A DNA stretch of 64,000 nt from the human T2T-CHM13v2.0 reference genome, Homo sapiens. Within the stretch, counting starts at the first letter, position 1, and the number at the start of each line of letters is the position of its first letter. Below, piece by piece: positions 11,449 through 25,928 of the stretch. Under the pieces are notes generated by a model that had not been told where the DNA came from, did no database searches, and saw only the letters and a program-made list of their open reading frames with translations. The position numbers were made by a program, and so were the translations under genes. The stretch lies in NCBI RefSeq assembly GCF_009914755.1, contig NC_060925.1; one strand, written 5' to 3'.

Positions 11449-13251
11449 GCTCCCATCCTGTGTCTGAAAAATATTACCTCAATAGAATTTGAATTCATAA
11501 TGGTTTTTAGCAGTATCAGAAGAAACAGACAAGTCTGGCTTCTGAGTAAATATGATCAATCTGATCATCCCTTATTTTATATATTTTCTATAATCATACG
11601 AATTCCTTCTTGTGATAATTTCTGCTATCTCCTATAGTATCTAAATATTTTCCAAGCACATAATTTAAACCCATGAAAATGGATATGGAAAGCTAAAATA
11701 GTCCTGTTTTATTATAAAGCATGTATATGCATTCTAAAAAAAATTCAGACTATATACAGTCTTGTCTTTGACCAGTATCACAAATAAATTCTTAAGGGCT
11801 AAAGCATATGACATGTATTGATGGAGAATGCATTATAGGTGCAGATTTTCAATTCACTTGAATGAAACTTTCAGTAACTTCAGACGTTCAGACCTACACA
11901 GATAACTATTCCACGGCCTACAGCCAAAGGGCCAATGTTAGCTTCATAGTAACAAAAACAACCACCACCATAAGGACAATTATTATTACTATTTATGAAA
12001 CCACTACTGTCATTCAGGGTCTCTGTGTATATTCATATTTAAGTTTATTTAATCTTTGCAACACTTTAAATGTAATGTAAAACAGAAAGATAAGTTATAT
12101 TGACCCATTCATTCACTCAAAAATTAAAATAGTACTTGAACCATTTTTCTTTGAAATAAATTTAAGTCTATTCATTTCAATTTGTTTGAATTTCAATTCA
12201 TATAAATTAATGTATTCAGGGGCTCTTGAATGAGTCTGTCTGAGGCCCAAAGACAATTGTTTGACGTGGACGAGTCAGGAGTCAAATCCAAACCTGTCTG
12301 CATCCACTGTTTGTGTTCCTAGTCTAATATGTCCAAAGTTTCCTGTGAACTGAGGCTTATTCAAAGAAAATAAATGTTTTAAATTATCGGCTCCAAATAA
12401 TGATCAAGTTTTTCTACCATTGAAAAGTCAGTGCATAGAGCATATTAAAAAATTAGAAACATCCAAGGACTACAGGTTTATAGTCTTCCATATTTTCTTC
12501 TAAACTGATATTTTGTTTTCCAGTTGACACAGAGTAATCTTGACATGCAACTTGAAGATGTTAAGTAGGTATTCATATGAGATATGATGCTGACCAGAAG
12601 ACAGATGTTCATATGTAGTAAAAAATATATTCCATTATTAAAATGTATCAAATTAGAAAAATCAAAACTCAACCATCTTCATTCCTTGTTGATGGCAGAG
12701 AGTAAGAGCACACTCTTTATAAAAGACAACTGAGATGCTCATTTTTAAAAAAGCATTTTTTAAAAGATCATGCATTTTAAAGGTGTTTCCAATTCACAGA
12801 TCTACCATAAAAAACTTAAAACATGCACAAAAATGTGTTTAGAAAGAGACTTATTGCAATGATATTTATGACTACAATAATATTCTTCAAGTATATAACA
12901 TAGATATACAATGATAGAAGAATGGTAAATAAAATGTAGAATAGCCAAGTGGGGAAATACTATGCAGTGATAAATACCATGTTTACAAAATCAAATTATA
13001 TGTTAATATCCGGATATTTTTTGCTGGTTTTGTTTTTCTTTATTGTAGTAATTTCTCTTTGTAAATAGTCACAGTACTTTTCAACATCTCCCTTGAAGAA
13101 TTGGAGTCCATTTCTCCAACTTCTAGATCTGGGATTGGACATGCGAAAAACTTTTAGAAACAAAAAATTTAGTATTAATACAATGTTTAGAAGTATACAT
13201 GTAGTATATTATCATTTTGCAAAGTATAAAACATATGAAATAACACTGTGT

Positions 13252-13552
13252 GGCCAGGCACGGTGGTTCACGCCTGTAATCCCAGCACTTTGGGAGGCCC
13301 AGACGGGCAGATCACGAGGTCAGGGGATCGAGACCATCCTGGCTAACACGGTGAAACCCCGTCTCTACTAAAAATACAAAAAAATTAGCCGGAAGTGGTG
13401 GCGGGTGCCTGTAGTCCCAGCTACTCAGGAGGCTGAGGTAGGAGAATGGCATGAACTCGGGAGGCGGAGCTTGCAGTAAGCCGAGATCGTGCCACTGCAC
13501 TCTAGCCTGGGCAACAGAGCGAGACTCCGTCTCAAAAAAAAAATAAAAAAAA
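13252..13552 (+). mobile_element. AluY
   Basis: Diagnostic GATCGAGACCATCCTGGCTAACACGG, GAATGGC and GAGCTTGCAG. Confidence 0.95.
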
Positions 13553-13656
13553 TTGTGCATTGTTTATGGACAAATGCATAGGTAACAAAATTATTAAATC
13601 ACAGGTGGGAAAGGTACACAATTACTTAAAAAATGTAGGTATTTTTCTGGTAATAA

Positions 13657-14008
<352 letters not shown>

Positions 14009-14500
14009 CATTTATAGCTTTTAAAATACCAAAAGCATATAAGCTGAATATCATTTTTAACAGACTATTAGAATTGTTATATTAGTTTGTGTGTGTGAAA
14101 TATGTCTAACATAAATTTAAAAAGACAGTAAACTTAGCTGAAAGACAGAAGGAGGAAATGTGTAAGATGAACATTTGCCAGTCAGTATATGAAACACCAA
14201 ATGTTTCTCAGATAAGTTTTAACCAAATAGAATGTACGATGGAAAAAAATCTCATTCAAAATAATAACCAAGTATACAGCTCCTGGGGATATTTAACAAG
14301 AAATTTTTAAAACACAAATTCTTCAATCAAATGGTTCTATATAATCTCAAATAAATCTCAGTGGAGATTACTTTGATATCCCACAGTGAGACTAGAAATT
14401 TCAGTGATATTGTAGATAGTCACAATAGATAAGATCATTTTCAATAAGAAGAAATAAAAAGAAAGGTTTTGAAATCTCAATAATTAAACAAATATGTTAC

Positions 14501-14889
14501 TGATATAGTTTGGATATTGGCCACATCCAAATTTTATGTTGAAATGTAATCTCTAGTGTTGGAGGTGGGGCCTGGTGGAAGCGGATTGGATCATGGGGTG
14601 GATTTCTTGTGAATGGTTTACCACTGTTCCCTTGGTGCTGTCCTCATGAGATCTGGTGTTTTCAAAGTGTGGCTTCTCCCCAACACCCGCTTGCTTATGC
14701 TTTCGCCATGTGAGAGACCTGCTCCCCCTTCCCCTTCCGCCATGATTGTAAGCTTCCTGAGGCCTCCCCAGAAGCCGATGCTGCTATACTTCCTGTACAG
14801 CCTGCAGAAGTGTGAGACAATTAAACCTTTTTCCTTTATAGATTACCCAGTCTCAGGTATTTATAGCAATGTGAGAACAAACTAATGCA
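14501..14889 (+). mobile_element. MSTA-like MaLR solo LTR
   Basis: TGATATAGTTTGG...ACTAATGCA; perfect 5-bp TSD GTTAC at 14496-14500 and 14890-14894. Confidence 0.9.
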
Positions 14890-16499
14890 GTTACTTATGC
14901 ACGGTAATTAATAAAACCTCAATGGATCACGATTCTGAAGAAATACAACTTAGTAAAACTTAGTGCCCTCATTTATAAGAATTTATTTTTATATTTATTA
15001 ACAATATGTAATAATTAACTATTCATTTCAAATAGCTGAGAAATCAAGTTGATAAATAGTTTGGGGTCAATTAACTAACCTTTAGGCAACTTAAGATGAA
15101 GAAGGAAGAAGAGCAACAGCAACAACTAAGTTAAATTTTGAGAATCTCTATTAGACATTTGAATTTGGAATAGCTGGAAGCAGAATCCACCACCCCTTGC
15201 TCCTGCCACATTGCAGGTTTCACTCAGATGCAGACAGCACACTTGGGGAAGTAGAAATCTCTGGCCACAGATGCTGCGTGAGAAATTACCACTGGGCCAC
15301 AGAATCCCTGGAGGAGCCAGCATCAGCTTCCAAAACTGGGAGCTACCCTGTGAGCAATCTGTATACAACACTGGGCCCAGGCGGAAAAGAACTGCCAGAA
15401 ATAATAACTTCAAACTCCAAAATAAGAGCGAATTCACCAAGGAAAGCAAATGTAAAGAAAGAAATGAACGGACTTAAAAATATCTAATTAGTGTTCATAG
15501 TTGGATTTAAGAGAATTGCAGTGATAAAAACAATAGCAACTTGCAAAGAAAGTGAGGCAATCAGAGCAAGAAGCGTTCTTGGAAATAGAAAGCATGATTG
15601 CAAAACTTAATAGCTCAGTAATAATTCAGTAACAAAATGGATAGTTCTAGAAACTGAATTTGTGATGACCCACTCTTATTAAAATTATGGGAAAGGGAAA
15701 GGCTAAAACACATAGAAAATGGTAAAGTACATGCTTGGCAAAACCAGGCAAGCCAATACCCATTAGCAGCCTATAGAAAGAAAAAAGGATGGAAATTAAT
15801 AATCGAACTAATTACACATGAGAAATTTCTAGAGCAAAAGGAAACACTGGGACCTCTTATTCCCGCATACACATCCTATTAGAATTTTTGAATTCCTATG
15901 TTAAAAATGAAGCGCTACAAACTTTCAGACATACAGATGTATACATGCAAAAAACACAGCACTGAAATAAACAAAAATAGCGAACATACGAATAAGAAAA
16001 AAAAACCAGGTTTACAAAGGAAAGCGAATCACAATAGTTGTGTGGCTCTGATCTGTAGTACCACATCACTATGTGAACAGTTGAGAAAAAAATCATTGCA
16101 AAAATTCTCAAACTATCATTTAATTGGGAAGACAAAAGCAGGTTGTTAGAGAATATAAATCATATTCTCATTTCTTTTTTTTTAAACTACGTACATTGAA
16201 ATGTCTTAGAGTAGATATGGATTATGGGGAAATTTAACTTTTTGGACTTTTTTAACAAATGTATAAAGAACTCTGTTGTTCACAAATTGGTATCATACTG
16301 TGTGTCAACATGGATGGAGTCTCAGTTTGGGCCAAGCATCGTGATTTTCCTGACTTTAAGGAGGTCCTCTTCCATTATGGCAGACAGGAAACAAACAGTG
16401 CAAAACCAATGAGCACACATGGTGAGAAAGATCACCTATACGTGGTTTCACGGGGCTATATTTGCAGGCTCCTAACTCAGCCAAATAAACGTGTATGGG

Positions 16500-16780
16500 G
16501 ACTATCACTATAGATAAGTCTTAAGGAAAGAGCAGGATTTAGCCAGCTCACAGGAGTGGAGGAAGCGTTCCAGGCAGAAGGGAAAACATGAGGCAAAAAC
16601 AACACATTGTGTAGGAGGAAAGAAGTAGGACAACAAGCTGAGCAGTTGTCAGAACGTTTTAAAAAATGAGTCATTGCATTAAAAGAAATGAGGCTGAAGG
16701 GGTTAGTTATGCTCAAATCATAGAGGGTCTTATAAACATACGCCAGATAATTGAAAGCATTTTGCAGAGCCAGAGCATAG
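16500..16780 (-). mobile_element. L2 fragment
   Basis: GGAAGCGTTCCAGGCAGAAGGGAAAACATGAGGCAAA, a typical antisense L2 motif. Confidence 0.6.
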
Positions 16781-19638
16781 ATTTTCAATTTTTGGAAGTA
16801 AAATAACCCTTTACTCAAACAGTATCTACCTAGAGATCTAATATAGAAAAATGTGAAAAAAAAACCTTACAAGTTTAATTATATGAGCTACATTTGATGA
16901 CATCAACTAACATAGTCAGGCATTAGATGCAATGAGGCCACTGCAATGAATCCCCAAAATCATACATTCTGCATATAATTTATTTTCAAGTTTAATTTTA
17001 CTTGCACAACATAAAAAGAGTTTGAAATTATAGAGACATATTTTCAAATGGTCACTCAATTTAAACAGAAGTAGCAAAAAAGGCATTATTCTGGGATCTG
17101 GAGAGAAAAAGAGAGTGAATGCTAGGAATAATAGCAAATATAATAAGCTGACCAGTGATGAGCCATTTAGGTGAACTCTCTGAACAGGCTAAGTATTTGG
17201 TAGCATTTCTTCAGGATTTGCATGATGTTTATTAATGACAGAGGGCTGTTGATTTTCTTTTAGGAAACACTGTATTTCTTTGTATTCAAAATTGTTCATT
17301 AGCTAGTCAGAAAATCCAACTCTCAGCATTTAAGCAAAAGGGAGAAGCCAAGAGAAGATATGAGGGCTCACAGAATTGCAAAGAGGATGGAAAAAGCTTG
17401 GAAAATGCACAGGAACCAAGATAACGCTAAAGTTCCAAAACCAGAACTCTACTTTCATCAGGGAGAGTCTAGCCAGGATGCAAACCACGTGTTGCATGGC
17501 AGTTTCCACTTCAGAGACACTATAGCCATTGCCACTGACCATTACTAACCATCCCAGCATGAATGTCTTTTAGCTGAGCTCAGGTCCTGGGCCCATCCTG
17601 GTTCCTTGCAGATGGGGAGAAGGAATATCTTGCTCCTGGGGCTTTTGCAGTGGGAAGGTAGCAATGGCTACTGACAAAGAATGGGAAGATTTGGCTTAAA
17701 ATTTAGAAAGTAGAAGTCAACAAATTGCAGAAAAAAGAGATATTATGGAACTTCCTGATAACTCAGAAAGGAATGGTGGTGTTGTGTCTTCTGCGAATAG
17801 CACGGGTTCATCTTCTGTTCCCTCCACAACACCTTAGAGAATTCACAGGACATCAGATGGAGGTAGCTGCTGGACAGTCTATGAAGACTGGCTAGCAGGT
17901 GACTTTTCCTCTAGCCCGTACAGTGGAGAAATACCCAAGGTTGGTAGAGAGTGGAAAAACACCTGTCTTCATGGGGCATGGTCATTCTGACGACACACTA
18001 GTGTGCACTAGCAATATGTTATTACCAATATGAACTGAATTTCAGGGGAGGTCCTTCCTTGAAACTTCTGTACTCCAGAAAACTCTTGAACATCCCTAAG
18101 GCAGCAACTCAGTGGGTGAGTAAAGCAGATTAAGTGAGATGTAGAGAAAGAAACAAATAATCATAATTTCAAAATAGTCATAGCACTTTATGCCTTCATT
18201 TATTCCTCCTATCCCCCCATGTAGTATGTACTACTAGTATTATCCACCATTTTACATGTGTTAAATATGAAGGAACCAAGAACTAGTGGGATTAAGTAAT
18301 ATGTCCAGAATTACACAGTTAATAAAGAGCAGAAGCAGATGTGACATCCAGGTAGCTTACCTGAAGTCTATGTTTGTAGCCTATATGCTGAACTTATTTC
18401 GCAGGGTTAACACTAAACTTGATATCAACTACATTTGCATAAAAAAGATTATTTTTTTCATTGCTCACAACTTAAAAGCATTGGTTACTCATACTCATGA
18501 AGAAAGTGGCTAACAATTCTCAAAGCTTTGTTTAATAAACATGTAATTCTTTCTGTTTTGTGTGAGAAAATATTTTGCTCTATTCTATTGTTCTTGTTTT
18601 CTCTTTCAAGTTCTTTTGCAATTTTCTAATCAAATATCTTCTTGAACAAGAGATTAAGGATGTGAAAAATAACTAGAGATAAAGAAATAAATTGCTTATT
18701 CTTAGAAAAGACTACAGGGAAGTGGATTTGGTTTAGAATTCATGGTGATGGGGTAATCAACATCATGAGACTCTTGGCAGAAATTTACTTATTTGCTTTG
18801 TCATTTATTTTGAAATATTCAACATAGTTCAATATATAACATAAAATTTCATGAAAACTCATGTTTAAATATGAATTTATTAGTGATTACCTCATATTCT
18901 CAGTCTACCTCATGTTCTCAAAAACTGTGCTAGCCGACAAAATTTCTCACTATTTGGAGGAACCAGGCAACATCCCCCGTATTGTCTAGGTCTCATATCT
19001 CGAGATCATCTTGCTGTAACACAGTGAATTTTTGGATCCCATTTATTTTATTTTAAAAATAAGGCTGGTGTTTGGGGTTAGTTTTACTCTATATTTTAGA
19101 GGTGGTTAGTTAACAACTCCAGTGTTACTTACATAAAAGCCCGTTATTCAGAAATTTACAATTCAAATATAGTTACTCTAAGTGTAAGGCTGTCTTTAAC
19201 AACTTAGGTTAACTACTTAGTTGTGTCAATTAGCATGACAATATTAAAAAATATCCAAGAGATGTCCATTGACTAGAAAATTTAAGATTCCCACTCTACC
19301 AACAATGCATTGAGCTCAGCCCCCTGTACATTCTGGAGCAGGTTTAGGATTCAGAAGTAGACCTGTATTAGCAAATAATCAGACATTTCTTCTGCCTGAC
19401 CTGAGATTTAACTGAATTCTGTTGCTAAGATGCTTCACATTTGTCTTGAGTGAGTGTTTTGTGCACAGTTCAAAGACAGAGAGCTCTGACTTCAAGTTTT
19501 CAGATGTGATCAGACAATCCCTTTTGTAATTTCTGCTAATAGATGGTTTTATACGTGGTAGCATTGGGTCTGAGATTTGCCTTCATTTTGGCACCTACTA
19601 TTGGTGACAGAGTCAGAAGGTTAGAAACCCAAGCACCT

Positions 19639-20082
19639 GCACTATTCACAATAGCAAAGACTTGGAACCAACCCAAATGTCCAACAATGATAGACTGGAT
19701 TAAGAAAATGTGGCACATATATATCATGGAATACTATGCAGCCATAAAAAATGATGAGTTCATGTCATTTGTAGGGACATGGATGAAGCTGGAAACCATC
19801 ATTCTCAGCAAATTATCGCAAGGACAAAAAAACCAAACACCGCATGTTCTCACTCATAAGTGGGAATTGGACAATGAGAACACTTGGACACAGGAAGGGG
19901 AACATCACACACTGGGGCCTGTTGTGGGGTTCAGGGAGTGGGGAGGGATAGCATTAGGAGATACACCTGATGTAAATGATGAGTTAATGGGTGCAGCACA
20001 CCAACATGGCACATGAATACATATGTAACAAACCTGCACGTTGTGCACATGTACCCTAGAACTTAAAGTATAATTAAAAAAA
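19639..20082 (+). mobile_element. 5'-truncated L1PA (L1PA3-5-like): ORF2 C-terminus, 3' UTR and tail
   Basis: Encodes ALFTIAKTWNQPKCPTMIDWIKKMWHIY; 16-bp TSD AGAAACCCAAGCACCT at 19623-19638 and 20083-20098. Confidence 0.96.
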
Positions 20083-20930
20083 AGAAACCCAAGCACCTCA
20101 GCTACCTCTAAAAATCGGGGAATGTTCATATCCAGTAAAAATAACCAATAATTGGGAATAACCAAATCAGCTACATAAGTTTGTCAGAGGAATGTGGTTG
20201 GGTCATACACTTCACCTGGGCCCATTGTAAAAATATTTAACAAAGATACATCAGTACCAATGAAAATTAGGTTTTTGCTGCTGTTGTTTTGCTTTGTTTG
20301 TTTTTGTTTTATAGCACTTTGGGGAAAGAAGAACAAATTTACATTTTGCCGATGATCTAAACATTTTCTTCTATCATAAAGTTCCTATACTTAGTACAAA
20401 GCTCTTAATGCTCCTTAAATGAAACATCGTGAGCAGCCATATGGTGACCTGCCCCTTAACCTAGCACCAATTTTGAGGGGTTAAAAATAAATTTTATTGA
20501 AACATTTTTTATCTTTCTAAAAAGATATAGAACAGGAAAACTATTTTAAACTAAAATTGTAATGGAACATTGGCAGAATCCCTGAAGCACCTGCATGCAA
20601 TGAACAGTCTGAAAACTGCTAGTGTAGGTGAAGGGAAACTAGCAAAGGATTATACGGAAGGGAATGGCACTGTCAGATTTACATTTGAAAGATAGTTCTG
20701 CATCTGTGGGAAGAGCAATTCTGATGAGAAAAATACTGAAAACACAGAACTCCATTAAGAAGGCAAAGATGAATTAGAGCAATAGTGGTAGGAATGAAGA
20801 GAAGCTGGATTGAAAGATTATGTAGGAAGTAAAAGCTGCCAGGATTTAAGTCATTCTACTCTCTTCTAGTCTCATTTGTAGTCTTTCCAAAAAGCCATTA
20901 GATTAGCTATTTCCACTAAAACTGGCTAGA

Positions 20931-21140
20931 TGGTATAATAGTGAAGAACCCGGACCTTTATTTAAATCCCAGATCTGGAACTTACTAACTCTGTGATGCT
21001 GAGCAAATTACTTAACCTTTTGGTCCTCAATTTCCTCATCTGGAAAAATGGGAATAATAATTTCTACCTCACAGGTTTAATAGTAGAGATAAAAAGGAAA
21101 AAAGAGTCTATGCTAAAAGATTACAATAGTGCCTAGCTAA
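20931..21140 (+). mobile_element. MIR
   Basis: Core TTACTTAACC...TTTCCTCATCTGGAAAAATGGGAATAATAAT. Confidence 0.75.
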
Positions 21141-21214
21141 GCAAACAGTAAACGGTTACTTTTTTTTAACTCAAGAAAGAGGCAGTTTAAGAGAGGACAA
21201 TAAAAGAAAAAAAG

Positions 21215-21499
21215 GGCTGGGCGCAGTGGCTCACGCCTGTAATCCAAGCACTTTGGTTGGCAGAGATGGGCGATGAACTGAGTTCAGGAGTTGGAGACCA
21301 GCCTGGCGAACATGGTGAAACCCTGTCTCTGCTAATAATAAAAAAAAATTGGCTGGGTGTGGTGGCGTGTGCCTGAAATCCCAGCTACTTGGGAAGCTGA
21401 GGCGGGAGAATCGCTGGAACCTGGGAGGCGGAGATCGCGCCACTGCACTCCATCCAGCCTGGGGGCCAGAGCGAGAGTCTGCCAAAAAAAAAAAAAAAA
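21215..21499 (+). mobile_element. AluS with a small right-arm deletion
   Basis: Two arms and A-tail; GGAGGCGGAG is joined to ATCGCGCC, missing GTTGCAGTGAGCCGAG. Confidence 0.92.
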
Positions 21500-23031
21500 G
21501 GTATGTTAATGGTCTAGATGGATATATTAAATAACAGCGTAAGAATTAAGCAGTATTGCCGAAAGGAAATCAGGCTGTGTAAAAGAGAGTAAGTGAAATG
21601 AGTAAAACAGTGTTACTTTTATTTGGTTGTGCTTGATTCAACCTGTTTATTACCAAGTGAAATTTCGTGGATAGCAGAGACTTCATCTGCAAAAATAAAA
21701 TAAAATAGTGAAAGGTGAGAAGATGAAGAAAATAGATGTGCCAGTGTGAGATTCTTCACAATTTGCAAAAGGAATGATTCTCACTGGCAAGTTAGCTTGG
21801 GTTTGTTAGCGAAGGAAAGGCGGATCGGATGAGTTGTGCAATAACTGGCTGTTTGACTGAAGCAGAAGCAGCTGAATGCAGCTTTCCTGTTACATGACTT
21901 CCTGCAGGTCATCATCTCTGCATCTCCCTGGGTGCAAAGGTAGAATTCCTCCTGTGAAAAGCCAGGATAAGCTTTTCTCTGGCCTCTCTAATTAGGACTG
22001 AGAATGAAATAAATTATCAGACTCCTCTGGAACTCCCATTAGATGTCCTGTGAACCTTTAATTCCTCTTGTGCTTCCGAGCCCGGATTGGAGCAAAGAAG
22101 ACATATGTCCATGCATGAAATCAAGTTTTTGTACACTCTAGAAGTATCTACTTGGTAGCATGGATTGTTTCCACTAAAATAGTTGGAGCCGCTGTCCTAG
22201 CATCCTTTTTCTGTTTGTAATTACAAGCAGCCAGTTTCCCCTAGGGAATAAATTCTCACTTTTTTGACCATTTTATTAACATACATTTTTGTCATCTAAT
22301 AACACTTTTGTCACACAATATTAATGATAAATTGTGCTGACCTTGAATATCACCAAAAAACCAGACAACCTGGGTTTTTTGTTTTTTTTTTCTGACAGTG
22401 GTGATAAATTTTCACTACTTTTTAAATTTTATTCATTTATTTATTTTTGAGTTCATCTCAGTCCTGGAATCAAGTAAATCTGGTTTATTGAGAAATTCTA
22501 CATAATGTCATTTTGACAGAGTGGCAATGGGTTTTCACATTACTTCTAAAACTTATTCTCAATGGTTTTATATCAGAATATAATCCCTAGTGTGACTAGA
22601 ATTTAATAGGAAAGCAACACAAACAACTGTCCCTGTTTTTTTTTCTCAATCCTAGCTCACCTTCCGCTATGCCAGGAAATGTCTCTGGATGCCTTCCAAC
22701 ACAGTGATTTATGATTTGATTGATTTATGATCCAATTGACTTATCAATCAAAGTTGCCACGTAAGACTAAACATAATATGCCATCCAGTCCTAGGCTGAA
22801 AACTTTCTACATGGTCCCGAGCTTGGGCAATTCTTCAGTTGGGCTGAGATGGCTGAAAATGTCTGATACAGGGCTTCTCTTTTATAAAGTATAAAGGAGT
22901 TTATTCATAAATGGTTAGTTTCCCAGTAAGAGTACAGATTCTACACTCCCAAAGTAAATGGGTACTCTAAACACAATTCTCTTTATTTATTTATATTTAT
23001 TCTAACTAAAAAGCCTCTTTCATAACTTTCT

Positions 23032-23340
23032 TTCAGCAAACATTTATTGACATCCTTAAAAGTGGCAAGCACTATTCCAGGCACAATGATCATCACAGGC
23101 AAAAATCCCTTCCCTCATGGCAATTACATTGTAGTTAAATTGTGGGGACACAGTCAGTAAACAAATAAATGGAGTAAATTCATATAATGGCAGATGCAGA
23201 TAGTGCTATGGAGAGAAATAAAACAGAGAAAGAGACTAGGGAAGGGTTGTAATTTTAAACAGTGTGACCTAGAAAGTGTGAACTTAGCAGACACATTTGA
23301 GCAAAGACTTGAAAGGTGTTGAGAAGCAAGCCTTGAATTG
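23032..23340 (-). mobile_element. L2 3' end
   Basis: TTCAGCAAACATTTATTGA...CCCTCATGG...ACATTTGAGCAAAGACTTGAA. Confidence 0.75.
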
Positions 23341-23744
23341 TCTTTTAAGTAGAGGTCACAGCAAATTCCTCCCACGTGTCTGATATTGTGTTCTGTGAAG
23401 GAGGAACAGTGACAACACCCGCCAGTGTGTCCAGAGGGCAGGAGCCAAGGGCAGAGTGGGCAGAGATAAATGCAGAGAACAAGCAAATGAGAGGGAAAGA
23501 AAGACAACGTGGAAAGACAGGAGGGAGAGGAGGTTTGAAAAAGATCAGAGACCTATCTGCTTGGAGCCTGTTAGGATGGGGCTACGTATTAGTCATATCC
23601 CAGTGGAATGGTAAAAAGACTGCAGGAGTTCAGGGCAGAATGCAGGAAGCAATGCTCCCAGAGGGAGAGCTGAAATTAGCATCATGCTCAAGCCTGAGCC
23701 AGGCAGAAGTGACCCAGATGGGATTTAAAGCTCCTTCCTTCTGG

Positions 23745-23890
23745 ACTCAGGAGACTGAGGCAGGAGGATCACATGAGCCCAGGAGTTCGAGGCTGCAATG
23801 TGATACGCTTCTGCCTGTGGATAGCCACTACACTCCAGCCCAGGCAACATAGTGAGACATCGTCTCTAAAATATAAATAAATAAAATAAT
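23745..23890 (+). mobile_element. FAM (fossil Alu monomer), 5'-truncated
   Basis: Retains the 7SL-derived CCTGTGGATAGCCACTACACTCC segment that dimeric Alus lack. Confidence 0.8.
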
Positions 23891-24132
23891 ACAATAATAA
23901 ACACATAAGTAAATAAACATCTTCCTTCTGCAGGAAGGAATAAATGATTGGAGGAGGCAGAGACAGCCTGGTGTTAGAAGACCTAAAGTCACTATAATAA
24001 AATACCATCTCTAAAATACAAACAAATAAAATAATGAAAAAATGAATAAATAAAAATCTTTTTTCTGCAGGAAAAAAAAATTATTTAATGGGAGAAGACA
24101 GAGAGCACCTGGTGTTGAAAGACCTAAAGTCA
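23848..24132. repeat. Diverged tandem duplication, about 145-bp period, 2 copies
   Basis: Both copies contain TCTCTAAAATA...TTCTGCAGGAA...CCTGGTGTT...GACCTAAAGTCA. Confidence 0.85.
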
Positions 24133-25928
24133 GCTCTGAGGAAATAATGGGTGGGAGGTAGTTAACGTTCCAGGTGAAGGGGGAATCTACATGAAAAAAA
24201 AAAAAACCTCATTTGAATAGATGTAGAGCCCAATCCCAATCCTAATGCAGGAAAAGGAAGTACATTTGTTATAGCTATAGCCTCTGTACTTCTCATTATA
24301 TTGCTGTGGTTTAAAAAACAAAAACAACAAACAAACAAAACAGAAACACCTGATTCTTCAGCAAGACATGATTTGATATGTATCTGTTATCTGGGAATAC
24401 TAGTGAGGTAGAATGTTCAAAGGAAAGGACATGAAGCACTTCCAAAGCATCCTGTGAGAGCTCCAGTACACACAGGGCTAAAGACATGTAAATTAGCAGC
24501 TGGAGTGACCACATATAGACCATTCATCAGAGTGAGGCATGAGGGGAGAGTGGCAGAAATAACCTACCCTCCAGATTTAAGGGCAGAAAATCTGGATTCC
24601 CTGATGATCCCCCAACATGTCAACAGTAAGACACTTAGACACAGAAAAGGCAGAGTGCTGCTCTTGCTGTTACAATAAATACAAAAGTTAAGCTTCAACT
24701 AAATTCCTTCCCTTTGTTTCAAAGAGCAGTATACAGAAATCCTTTCAAGAGTCCAACTCATCCTCAAGTCCACCAGTGTAAATTTCATAATGTGTCAGGA
24801 TCAAAATAATTTTTCAGTCTTCTCAGTGATTGACCCAAAATCTACAATAATCAGGAATACGTTCTGTAGCAATTAAGTCTGTATTTATACATTGTTTTAT
24901 GAAAATGAAGCCTCTTTCTTTTTGGTCAGGATCTGTCATTCTGATCATCCTTGGGTGAGAATTGGGAGGGAGCAAAATGGTCCATGCCATGGAACCCTAT
25001 TATGAGAATGACCACATAGAAGGGTAGTTCTTAACCTCCTGGGAATCAAAGACTCAGTTGAGAATATGCTAACTACCATGGACATCTGATTAAAAACACA
25101 GAAAATAAAATACTTGGCACCTATGAAGAGATAGAAGTTTGCATTTTCAGGAGATTCATAGTTATTTTTCCGAATGTCTCATTAAATGAAAGGTCCCACA
25201 GTCGTCCCGCTAGGGGAGAGCAAATTAAAATAAAATCAAGACCCAAGCTTCCCACCTTTCATGATCTCCACTGCTTCCTGCTGTCTTTTTTGTGGATACA
25301 GGGGTGTTAAAGTGTCATTGTTTATAAACCTACAATAAAATGCAGAGCCCTCACTACATTTCTAAACCTGAAAAACTACCTAGATTTTAAGCAAGGGAAT
25401 TATTCTCTGCACATCTTCTTTTTAAAAAACTGTTTAGTAATGATGCTTCATGTAAAGCAGCTGCCGCCTCTCACAAAGAAGCCTCCACAGTGTTGCTGGA
25501 TGAGTCATGAGTCATACATGAATATGGAATTAGCAAAATGATCATTTGCTCAATTGTCAAGGCCTGTCTCTGTAGAATGAACGCCTATTGTGAAAGTGCA
25601 AAATTTCTGTGAAAATACCAAAAGGAGGAGAGTTGCTTTTATATGGGGTAGGAATATTGGACGCATCCTTGCTCAGGCTCAGGTAAAATAATATATACAC
25701 CACCCTATAAGGAATGCAAAAGAAAACTGTTGTTTTGTTGTTGTTGTTGTTGTTTTTAGTTATCAGTAAAGTACAGTTAGTTCTTCTCCGTAACTCCTGG
25801 GAAGTGTACTTTGAAACCAGAGGCACCCATTTCAGTATAGAGGAACCTTTCAGAACCTTCTACCTTCTACCAGTTTCTCCTCAGGGATTAGTTAAATTGG
25901 GGTTAGGGACAGACAGATGAGAACAGGG

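Noticed and set aside
19543-20016. 157-aa ORF with a hydrophobic N-terminus fused to the L1 ORF2 C-terminus
   Set aside because: Chance in-frame junction at a 5'-truncated L1 insertion; no promoter evidence
23376-23852. 158-aa ORF
   Set aside because: Starts next to L2-like sequence and ends in the FAM; non-ATG start and no recognisable domain
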